Numbered from the stretch's first letter, positions 1-7,220 are shown. The stretch: DNA of 64,000 nt from a virus (IMGVR_UViG_3300032312_001355:1-64000), one strand, 5' to 3'. Numbers and translations are program-made. Notes: generated by a model not told the origin, from the letters alone.

Positions 1-298
1 GGGGCAAGACCTAACTATCTCAATAACAGAAATCAAGGCGAGCAGTATGGAAGAAGCCGAAGCGGTTATACAGAGGTTCATAGATGAAATCGGCAAGGTG
101 ATGACGGACGAGGTTCGTTGGGACGAAGCGGATTGGACTATTCAAGAAAACACTATGAACGCAGAAGGAACAGGTTACGAAGTAACGGACGAGGGAGTTC
201 CAAATTACTACGAGATGAGTGATGTAGAAGCGGACGCCGATACTCTTGCGAGCGCAGGACACGGAACGGACGAGGACTACGGATACTACGGAGATTAG
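1..298 (+). CDS. Very acidic early hypothetical protein (probably 5'-truncated by the window edge)
   Basis: Frame is open from position 2 to TAG 298; the 47-298 part has 24 D/E against 3 K/R; followed by a hairpin terminator. Confidence 0.75.
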   Translation, partial: GQDLTISITEIKASSMEEAEAVIQRFIDEIGKVMTDEVRWDEADWTIQENTMNAEGTGYEVTDEGVPNYYEMSDVEADADTLASAGHGTDEDYGYYGD

Positions 299-466
299 AT
301 TGTTAGTTCCCGGCCCCGCAGATGGAAAACTATTTTCGTTTGCGGGGTTTTCCCCTATCTATGTATGAAGGGGAAAAAAGAAATACTTGAAAAAGGCAGG
401 GAAGTGGAGTATTATTATCTCAACGGCAAATCATTAGGGATAAGCCGATTGTTCTAGGGAGAACAA

Positions 467-847
467 ATGAATAACTCAGACAAAATGACGGTGGGCATTA
501 CTTTCACCGTTGGCGAGTTGTGGGAAGCCGTGTTCGGTTCAGACGGCGCAGGAATGGTTCATTGGTCTACCGAAATCAGAAATGAAAACGGCGAGGACAT
601 TGACCTATGGACTACCGATGAAAACGGTGAGTCAGTAACAAATCCACAAAACTTCCGAGTCTATGAAGATGAAGAAGAGAAGTGGCACGATGTATCTCTC
701 GAACAACTTCGTGTTGGTTTCGAGAAGGCTCTTATGGACAACGCTTCCCATTGTGGCGGTTATGCGTTGAAGCTTGACGACTACGATGCTTGCTTCGGCG
801 ATGTCGTAATTCAGTATGCGGTATTCGGAGAACTAATCTACGGATAA
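467..847 (+). CDS. Acidic phage hypothetical protein (C-terminal DxxIQxAxFGExxYG motif)
   Basis: Own promoter, TAGGGAG RBS at 455-461 and terminator. Confidence 0.85.
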   Translation: MNNSDKMTVGITFTVGELWEAVFGSDGAGMVHWSTEIRNENGEDIDLWTTDENGESVTNPQNFRVYEDEEEKWHDVSLEQLRVGFEKALMDNASHCGGYALKLDDYDACFGDVVIQYAVFGELIYG

Positions 848-998
848 CAGAAGTAGAAAGAAGCCCCTTGCTAAACGGCGAGGGGTTTCTTTTTTTCTCC
901 CTACTATGTATAAAGGGGAAAAAACAATTTACGACGAGCCGTTGAATTAAGCAGGGAAGTAGAATAGAATTAAGATACCAACTAGGGAAGGAAAAATT

Positions 999-1142
999 AT
1001 GGCGTGCGAAGATTATCCGTGTTGCGGACACGAGATGAATGATTGCGACGGAACACTTTACGGATCCGACGAATCCATTAAAGAGCGTGTAATGGCTAGA
1101 GGGGCATACGCCGATGACTACTATGAAACGGATAGGGGGTGA
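999..1142 (+). CDS. Small acidic Cys/His-containing protein, 47 aa (MACEDYPCCGHEMNDC...)
   Basis: Read by hand, below the ORF-track cut-off; RBS AGGGAAGG at 984-991 downstream of promoter 942-970. Confidence 0.7.
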   Translation: MACEDYPCCGHEMNDCDGTLYGSDESIKERVMARGAYADDYYETDRG

Positions 1143-1147
1143 GCAAG

Positions 1148-1291
1148 ATGAGCAAAGGGTATTTAGAAATACTTATGGAGTGGCATCCCGACGGTAACTT
1201 TACCGAGCAGGATATGTGGGACGCTATCGCTGAAGCGGAAGGCGTGGATGTGAATGAAATAAGTGATAGGGACTTAACGGAGTTTATTTAA
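1148..1291 (+). CDS. Small acidic protein, 47 aa (MSKGYLEILMEWHPDG...)
   Basis: Read by hand; follows the previous ORF and ends just before a terminator; 13 D/E. Confidence 0.7.
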   Translation: MSKGYLEILMEWHPDGNFTEQDMWDAIAEAEGVDVNEISDRDLTEFI

Positions 1292-1404
1292 GAGAAGCCC
1301 CCCGTGATGAACGGGGGGTTTTTCTCTCCCTATATATAAAGGGGAAAAAAGAAACACGGCAAGGGTTATTGAAAAAGTCATAGAAGTAAAGTAGAATAAT
1401 AACA

Positions 1405-1481
1405 ACTCGGTAGGGGTAGCCGTTGGTCACCTGAACGACCTGAAACCTAGGGGGTCGGAAACAATGCGGCACCTACCGAGT
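1405..1481 (+). ncRNA. Candidate structured RNA or 5' leader starting at the predicted TSS of promoter 1369-1397
   Basis: Perfect 10-bp closing stem ACTCGGTAGG (1405-1414)/CCTACCGAGT (1472-1481) enclosing GCCG/CGGC and CGACC/GGTCG stems; no family recognised. Confidence 0.4.
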
Positions 1482-1538
1482 CTTAACAACTAGGGAAACG
1501 GAAAGGGGGAAACCAAAATTCCAAAAGAATTTATCGGC

Positions 1539-1742
1539 GTGGATGCGCCAAAGTATCCAGATATAGTCGTGCCGTTGGTAGGAGAAGACGGCAACGCAGT
1601 CGCAATTATGGGACGAGTGTCTAACGCAATGCGTAAGGCAGGAGTTTCGCAGGAAGATATAAATCAATATCTCGATGAAAGTATGTCGGGAGATTACGAT
1701 AATCTTCTTCGCACCGCTATCAAATGGGTAGCAACTGAATAG
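1539..1742 (+). CDS. Conserved phage hypothetical protein (GEDGNA...SGDYDNLL motif)
   Basis: ORF track; the frame is open further upstream, so the true start may be near 1518. Confidence 0.8.
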   Translation: MDAPKYPDIVVPLVGEDGNAVAIMGRVSNAMRKAGVSQEDINQYLDESMSGDYDNLLRTAIKWVATE

Positions 1743-1874
1743 ATAGATGTGTTGGGGAGTAGGTTCCAGAAAAGCGTCGCGCCTACTCCCTAACCGCTAT
1801 ATATGAAGGGGAAAAAATTGAATAATAGAATTAAATAAATTACAATTAAGATACCAACTAGGGAAAGAGAAAAA

Positions 1875-2330
1875 ATGATTACCAAAGAAAAAGTAAATTA
1901 CTGGACGATTGAATTAACTAGCGATTGCCGTTGCTTCGATTGTAATGATTGTGGCGTGGGATACATCCGTAATGAGGACGGCGAGAAGTGCGAGCAATGC
2001 TATAAAGAATTAACGCCTTCAAACTCTTGCTTCGATTGCTGGAAAGATAGTAAAGAAAGTTTCTACGATGCGCTTGAAGCGTGGCGAGATAAAGTCGGCG
2101 TTACTTGGGACTTGGTCCGTATCGACGGCGTTGGGGTGGGTTGGAACAGAGACAGCGGATACGCAATAAAGAAGTTTGATGAAGCCTTGGACGCAATAAC
2201 TATTAGAGGAGACTTCCGTATCACAGCAACTTGGGACGGAGCAAACACTTTCACCGCAAGCCGAGCGAGTCACGATGAGCCAACAGGAAGCGCACAATTT
2301 ACTTTCACTTTAATAAAGGGCAGGGAATGA
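1875..2330 (+). CDS. Hypothetical protein with several CxxC motifs (Zn-binding)
   Basis: Promoter 1818-1846, RBS AGGGAA 1860-1865; CNDC, CEQC, CFDC motifs. Confidence 0.8.
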   Translation: MITKEKVNYWTIELTSDCRCFDCNDCGVGYIRNEDGEKCEQCYKELTPSNSCFDCWKDSKESFYDALEAWRDKVGVTWDLVRIDGVGVGWNRDSGYAIKKFDEALDAITIRGDFRITATWDGANTFTASRASHDEPTGSAQFTFTLIKGRE

Positions 2331-2451
2331 GCTGAGCAAAGTTTTCTCCCCTTTATAAATAGTTAGGGCGTGGCGTTGCGAAAAGTCAGGAAAGCGACTA
2401 CACTGAATCTACAACTTAATACCGATACCAAATTAACTAGGGAGAAGTTAA

Positions 2452-2700
2452 ATGACCACAGAAGTTAAAGACTTAGAGTTAATGCGTGCCGTGTGCCTTC
2501 ACTTGGATTACAACCTATACCCTGCCGTTCATAACGCTTGGGATAGTTTGGCCGTGAAAGCAATTCAAATCGTTCGCTCGTCTGATGAATGGATAGATGA
2601 GGAATTCCCTACCCCTGAGGGACACAACTATCAAGGCAGAAAGACGATAAAGGTTAGCGAGTTAATGGACGGCCTTTCCCTATGGCCACTCGTTGATTAA
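2452..2700 (+). CDS. Hypothetical protein
   Basis: Promoter 2376-2404, TAGGGAG RBS 2438-2444, terminator at 2715. Confidence 0.8.
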   Translation: MTTEVKDLELMRAVCLHLDYNLYPAVHNAWDSLAVKAIQIVRSSDEWIDEEFPTPEGHNYQGRKTIKVSELMDGLSLWPLVD

Positions 2701-2859
2701 ATCTCCATAAAGAAAAGCCCCGTCAGAAATGGCGGGGTTTTTTTCTCCCGCTATGTATAAAGGGGAAAAAAGAAAAGTAAATCAAATGTAGAGAAATGTC
2801 AGGAAAGTAGTGTAGAATAAAGTTACTCGCTAAGGGAGCGAGAGAATAGGGAAACAAAA

Positions 2860-3168
2860 ATGGAACTATTAACAAAAGAACTTCGCAAGAAGTTGCCACC
2901 GCTTTACGCTAATGAGAATGAGGGCGACCCCGTTCTAGTATGTAAATTCTTCGCACTAGCAAGCAACTGGACTTGGTATGCGATGGAGTTTGATGGAGAA
3001 GATATGTTCTTCGGTATCGTTCACGGCTTCGAGAAGGAGTTAGGCTACTTCAGCCTGAAAGAGTTACAAAGCCTAAAACTAACAATGGGCGGGATAGATA
3101 TTCCTGCCGTTGAAAGAGATATCAACTGGACACCCCGCCGACTATCAGAACTCAAGGAATACGCCTAG
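2860..3168 (+). CDS. DUF2958-family protein
   Basis: Motifs PxxxxKFF..WTWYxxE..D..FFGxV.G.E.ELGYFSLxEL..VERD recognised. Confidence 0.8.
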   Translation: MELLTKELRKKLPPLYANENEGDPVLVCKFFALASNWTWYAMEFDGEDMFFGIVHGFEKELGYFSLKELQSLKLTMGGIDIPAVERDINWTPRRLSELKEYA

Positions 3169-3267
3169 AGTATAGAAACGAAAGGGAGCCCCGCCGAAAG
3201 GTTGGGGCTCTTTCTATATAAGAAGGGGAAAAAATAAAACGGATCTAGGAAAGGGTAGGATAAGGGT

Positions 3268-3573
3268 ATGGATAATCTAATGAATATAAAAAATGTAATG
3301 TTTATCGGTGATTACTTTTCAATGATGGTCAGCGTTGCCGTATCGGAAGATGAATTACAAGATGGCGAGATATATGAGGACGCTTGCCTTAGGGCTGCGG
3401 GTAATCTTTTGAAGGAACAATATGGCTGGGATGTAGTCGCCGTTTCAAATCATATTGGCGTTCTTGATGAAGGAGACCCTAACTGCGAGACTTGCTACGG
3501 AGAGGGAAAAGTAAGAAGTGAAGTATCGGGGGAAATGAGACAGCTGGAGTGTCCCGATTGCTTCAACGGATAG
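3268..3573 (+). CDS. Hypothetical protein with C-terminal CxxCxGxG...CxxC zinc finger; probably leaderless
   Basis: CETCYGEG and CPDCFNG; -10 TAGGAT 3256-3261 ends 7 nt before ATG. Confidence 0.8.
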   Translation: MDNLMNIKNVMFIGDYFSMMVSVAVSEDELQDGEIYEDACLRAAGNLLKEQYGWDVVAVSNHIGVLDEGDPNCETCYGEGKVRSEVSGEMRQLECPDCFNG

Positions 3574-3617
3574 GGGAAAAAGTTTTTGAGGTAACTCAGT
3601 AATGATAGACTGGTAGT

Positions 3618-3724
3618 CCGGGTAGTAGCGAGGATTCCCTTCCTATCGCTCCCCGTTGAGATAGGCTTCCCTGCCTATCGCACCTCACCCCTGCCTCCCT
3701 AGCGGGGGTGAAGTGTCCCTTTTG
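3618..3724 (+). ncRNA. Candidate small RNA with three stem-loops carrying anti-AGGGA loops
   Basis: Intergenic; extended -10 TGaTAGACT at 3603-3611; hairpins 3619-3655 (loop TTCCCT 3635-3640), 3660-3679 (loop TTCCCT 3667-3672), 3680-3716 (loop CTCCCTA 3695-3701); T-run 3720-3723. Confidence 0.6.
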
Positions 3725-3779
3725 AAAAAGTCAGATAGGTAATGTAGAATAAAGACACTAACTCAGAAGGGAGAAAGTT

Positions 3780-4016
3780 ATGAGTTATGAAGGAAGTATG
3801 AAAGGTTCGGGTATCTATTCCGAAGATGTAACACTTGAAGTTGAGTGCGGAGAGTGCGGTAAGGCTTGGGAAGAAGATTTTATGACCGACGACTGGGGAA
3901 ATGTATCCTCAGAAGTAAAGTGCGAGTGCGGTAACGCTTGGACTTTCGAGAAGGAACAAGAGGAAATGGGCGACCCTAATCAGCCCGATACCTTGGAAGA
4001 GTTGTGGGGCGAATAG
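3780..4016 (+). CDS. Acidic zinc-ribbon protein
   Basis: CGECG and CECG motifs; promoter 3722-3750, RBS AGGGAG 3768-3773. Confidence 0.8.
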   Translation: MSYEGSMKGSGIYSEDVTLEVECGECGKAWEEDFMTDDWGNVSSEVKCECGNAWTFEKEQEEMGDPNQPDTLEELWGE

Positions 4017-4104
4017 TCCCGAAGCCCCTCACCGAAAGGTGGGGGGTTTTTCTATGTAAGAAGGGGAAAAATCAGGAAGGCCGGGTGAGGTTATTCTTTA
4101 GAGT

Positions 4105-4350
4105 ATGGAAATAGTTCAAAAGGTTTATCACCCAAATGGATCTAATGCTCCGTTTGTTGTGGCTATCGTTGATGACCCTGCCGAAGGAGATACAAAGATA
4201 GTAATAATGTTTGAAGATGATGAATACACTGCCGTTCTTTCGCTGGACAGACTTATTGAAAGTGAGGATATAGGAGAGAAAAATTCTCACCTTGCCGATA
4301 AATATGAGTATGCCTTGCGTGATGAATTGTGGAATGACTTTAACTACTAA
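4105..4350 (+). CDS. Acidic hypothetical protein, probably leaderless
   Basis: -10 TATTCT 4092-4097 just upstream of ATG. Confidence 0.75.
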   Translation: MEIVQKVYHPNGSNAPFVVAIVDDPAEGDTKIVIMFEDDEYTAVLSLDRLIESEDIGEKNSHLADKYEYALRDELWNDFNY

Positions 4351-4364
4351 GTAAGGAAAAAATC

Positions 4365-4934
4365 TTGACAACAATAGCTGCGGTTCAGGGTGAAGGCTGG
4401 GCGGTTATTGGCTATGACTCTAGGGTTTCAGAAGAAGATGGCAGGACTTATATTCTGCCGAAAGATAATGGAAAAGTTTTTAAGAATGGTAATTACATAA
4501 TTGCCGTGGCTGGGGATGTAAGAGCAATAAATATATTAGCCCACGTTTTTAAGCCACCAGTATGCACCGCAACTACTCTAGGTTTGAAGTTAGATAAGTT
4601 TATGACTGCCGTATTTATCCCGGAACTAAAAAAGTGTTTTGAGGAAGCCAGTTATTCAAAAGATGGAGAACACGAAAGCCAGTTAGTTATCTTGGTCAAT
4701 GGGACTATCTATGAGATAGGTGAGGACTTTTCTTGGTGCCACGATACAGTTGGGGCGTATGCCGTTGGTTCAGGTTCAGCCTATGCTCTAGGGGTTCTCA
4801 ATGCGTTATCAGAAGGAAAGAAAAGAACTCTCACTAACGCAAGGTCAGCTATCAAAACTGCGCTCGCCGTATCCTCAAAGTTTGATAATAAAACTGCCGA
4901 GCCTTTTTATCTTTTAACTCAATACCGAGATTAG
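4365..4934 (+). CDS. Ntn-hydrolase, proteasome beta-subunit/HslV-like threonine protease
   Basis: N-terminal M-T-T-I, DSR near residue 17-19, Lys in KVFK, AVAGD, AVGSGSxYALG; length 189 aa fits the fold. Confidence 0.8.
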   Translation: MTTIAAVQGEGWAVIGYDSRVSEEDGRTYILPKDNGKVFKNGNYIIAVAGDVRAINILAHVFKPPVCTATTLGLKLDKFMTAVFIPELKKCFEEASYSKDGEHESQLVILVNGTIYEIGEDFSWCHDTVGAYAVGSGSAYALGVLNALSEGKKRTLTNARSAIKTALAVSSKFDNKTAEPFYLLTQYRD

Positions 4935-4989
4935 TTTTTCCCCCCTATACATAGACAAAAAATAACCCCCGATTTCTCGGGGGCTACCT

Positions 4990-5106
4990 TTAGCACTTTT
5001 CGCAGATTATGTTGCGGTAGTAATCTATTTGCCTAATCTCAAATACCTCTCCGCACCGATAACAATTTATCCAAATCATTACCTCTCTTGCCTTTACTCT
5101 TGCCAC
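4990..5106 (-). CDS. 38-aa zinc-ribbon protein (MARVKAREVMIWINCYRC...IICEKC)
   Basis: Read by hand: minus-strand -10 TAGAAT (5134-5139), RBS AGGGAA (5112-5117), GTG start, terminator 4957-4985. Confidence 0.7.
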   Translation of the reverse strand: MARVKAREVMIWINCYRCGEVFEIRQIDYYRNIICEKC

Positions 5107-5301
5107 TTGAGTTCCCTTTCTCTTGGCTTGTATCTTAATTTTATTCTATGTGCCGTTGTAAGTGTGGGAACTTTTAGGTTCGTGTCGTGTATTTATTTAT
5201 TTATTTATTTTCCCCCGTTATATGTAGCAAAAGTCAGGAAGGTCGTGTAGAATAAAGCCATACACTCACCGAGGGAAGTGAGTGATTAGGGAGTAAGTGA
5301 A

Positions 5302-5952
5302 GTGCCAAAGAAAAAGACAAAAGTATGTCTAGGTTGCTTAACAGAGTTACCACTAGAAAAGTTTAATAAGTATGAGTCTGGTATTCAGGGAGTAAGAGCA
5401 AGATGTAAGAAGTGTTTTTCCGTCCACCGCAAAACTTCAGCACAAAGAACTAACAAGCGTTTATCTCTAGAAGCAAAAGGTAAAAGAAAATGTAGTAAGT
5501 GCGGAAAGGTAAAAGCCTTATCGTCTTTCCAAGAGGCATATCGCACAGAAAGAAAGCGTTGGTCAAGAGAAGGTGCGTGTAAGCCTTGCGTATCTATTCG
5601 CGGAAAAATTAAGCATAAGACAAAGAACCTAGATGTAAGAAAATATGTATTTGATTACCTAAAGAACCACCCTTGCGTGGACTGCGGTGAAAGTAATGTA
5701 TTAGCCCTAGAGTTTGACCACCTACACAGTAAGAAGTTTGATATTGGAACTGCGCTCGGTGGAAATACTAAACTTGCTAGCCGAGTTAAAGAGGAAATTA
5801 AAAAGTGTGTAGTTCGTTGCTCTACTTGCCACCGAATAAAAACTCATATGGAGATAAATAGTTGGAAGTTTGAGTTATCTTTACAAGATAAGGCAACAAG
5901 CACTAAAATAAAGAGAACAAAGCAATACAAAACACTAATGAAGGTGGGGTGA
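5302..5952 (+). CDS. HNH endonuclease with N-terminal zinc-finger repeats
   Basis: CVDCGE..LEFDH..C.VRCSTCHRIKT HNH core; KxCxxC repeats in the N-terminal half. Confidence 0.85.
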   Translation: MPKKKTKVCLGCLTELPLEKFNKYESGIQGVRARCKKCFSVHRKTSAQRTNKRLSLEAKGKRKCSKCGKVKALSSFQEAYRTERKRWSREGACKPCVSIRGKIKHKTKNLDVRKYVFDYLKNHPCVDCGESNVLALEFDHLHSKKFDIGTALGGNTKLASRVKEEIKKCVVRCSTCHRIKTHMEINSWKFELSLQDKATSTKIKRTKQYKTLMKVG

Positions 5953-5958
5953 TTACAA

Positions 5959-6081
5959 ATGGGATATGTAGAAATCTTTCGCTTAGATGAGGAAGGTGCT
6001 GGCTGGGTAGATTTATCAGAAGCGACACCTGCCGAACTCTCAGACCTAGAAAAAGGTTTAGCAGAGGAAGGCGCACTCTAA
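5959..6081 (+). CDS. 40-aa acidic protein (MGYVEIFRLDEEGAGW...)
   Basis: Read by hand; ends just before terminator 6087-6118. Confidence 0.65.
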   Translation: MGYVEIFRLDEEGAGWVDLSEATPAELSDLEKGLAEEGAL

Positions 6082-6184
6082 AAAGTAAGCCCCCACCGAA
6101 AGGTGGGGGTTATTTTTTCTCCGCTATATATAAGGGGGAAAAAATGTATTTGAGAAAAGTCAGGAAAGTTGCTAAAATAAAGAT

Positions 6185-6400
6185 ATGAAATTCTTACCTG
6201 ATAGTGCGGTGCTTGGGACACTTGGTCGCTTGAAGCACGCTGGAAAATCAAGCCGTAGAAAAGGCATTACTCAAAGAGAAAAGAAGGAAACAGTATTGGC
6301 ACAGAATTGGGACGCTTTTGAGCAAGACTTTAGAAGTTTTGATGAGTTGCTTGCCGAGGCTAAGCGACACGCTCTAGAGAAAGAAAAGGCAGAGAAGTAG
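6185..6400 (+). CDS. Hypothetical protein, leaderless
   Basis: ATG 7 nt after -10 TAAAAT of promoter 6150-6178. Confidence 0.75.
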   Translation: MKFLPDSAVLGTLGRLKHAGKSSRRKGITQREKKETVLAQNWDAFEQDFRSFDELLAEAKRHALEKEKAEK

Positions 6401-6433
6401 GAAAAGTCAGGAAAGTTTGGTAAAGTTCTACTA

Positions 6434-6622
6434 GTGGCTAAGGGAGTCACAGGAAGCAGGGACAAAGTGAAAACACAGGCAAAGTTTATTCGTCGCAGAA
6501 TTGCGGTTGGTCTTATCTTGTTGGCTTTATTCGCTTGGGCTATGGACGCTACAACACCTGAGATGTGTAAAGTTCCGACAGAGCAGATGAACCAATTCTG
6601 CCTAGACCTGATTTATCCATAA
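6434..6622 (+). CDS. Small membrane protein (one TM), probably leaderless
   Basis: Hydrophobic IAVGLILLALFAWAM; -10 TAAAGT 6421-6426. Confidence 0.7.
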   Translation: MAKGVTGSRDKVKTQAKFIRRRIAVGLILLALFAWAMDATTPEMCKVPTEQMNQFCLDLIYP

Positions 6623-6634
6623 GGGGGAGAGCAA

Positions 6635-6823
6635 ATGCCTATCTATCCAATGGAAGAAGTTTTAGAGTATGCGGAACTTTCAGCGTATGACCTTTATGAA
6701 GAACTATACGAACAGAAAGAGCAAGAGCGAGAAGGTTTGATTTATCTATTCAGAGAGTGGTTGGACTTGGTAAGCCCTACCGACTTTGGAAATGATGAAG
6801 GATTAGAAGGGGTTCTAGTATGA
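6635..6823 (+). CDS. Acidic hypothetical protein
   Basis: RBS AGGGGGAG; ORF track. Confidence 0.7.
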   Translation: MPIYPMEEVLEYAELSAYDLYEELYEQKEQEREGLIYLFREWLDLVSPTDFGNDEGLEGVLV

Positions 6824-6978
6824 CTACCGACTCACTATATATAGAGGGGAAAAAAGAGTGTGTGTTGTGCGGAGATGTCGCTACACATTTTCCCACAATG
6901 AGTTTTTTTGGAGAAGTAAAAGGTTATTGTTGTTTTGATTATGACTGCTCAGAGACAACAGAGGGGGCGTGTGCGTGA
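6820..6978 (+). CDS. 52-aa Cys-rich protein (CVLC...CC..DC)
   Basis: Read by hand; ATGA and GTGA overlaps with both neighbours. Confidence 0.6.
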   Translation: MTTDSLYIEGKKECVLCGDVATHFPTMSFFGEVKGYCCFDYDCSETTEGACA

Positions 6979-7208
6979 GCGACTTGACGAAATACTTAGA
7001 GAAAGAGTGGGGGTCGCTTGTAGGTGCGACTCTTGTGAAGGTTAGAAATGCTACTGCCGAAGAAGCGCAGGAGTTGGGGTGGGATATTTCAGACCACGAA
7101 CCAATTCCTTTTTTGGAGTTTGATAATGGCGAAGGGCTATGTCTATCTCAAGACCCTGAAGGTAATGGTCCGGGGTTTGCCTTCCTATTTACTAAAGACT
7201 ATATATAA
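6975..7208 (+). CDS. Hypothetical protein (SQDPEGNGPG motif)
   Basis: GTG start coupled to the previous stop. Confidence 0.75.
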   Translation: MSDLTKYLEKEWGSLVGATLVKVRNATAEEAQELGWDISDHEPIPFLEFDNGEGLCLSQDPEGNGPGFAFLFTKDYI

Positions 7209-7220
7209 GGGGGAAAAAAG

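Larger units (their letters stand above)
359..7219. repeat. 13 dispersed copies of a 20-21-bp motif, consensus CTATRTAWRRRGGGGAAAAAA
   Basis: Plus strand: 359-379, 904-924, 1330-1350, 1797-1817, 2751-2771, 3214-3234, 4052-4071, 6124-6144, 6835-6855, 7199-7219. Minus strand: 2342-2362, 4935-4954, 5208-5227. Partial copy near 3571-3581. Confidence 0.9.

Noticed and set aside
1419-1470. Hammerhead ribozyme (GTC, CTGAACGA, GAAAC are all present)
   Set aside because: Only 2 nt lie between GUC and CUGA, so stem I cannot form, and the core has an extra base; kept only as an unassigned structured RNA
5029-5250. Plus-strand 73-aa ORF from the track
   Set aside because: Overlaps a minus-strand cassette with its own promoter, RBS and terminator, and spans regulatory motifs
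359-7219. CRISPR array from the 21-bp repeats
   Set aside because: Spacing is hundreds of bp, intervals contain promoters and genes, and orientation varies; the Cas4-like gene at 53521 sits in a typical phage recombination operon
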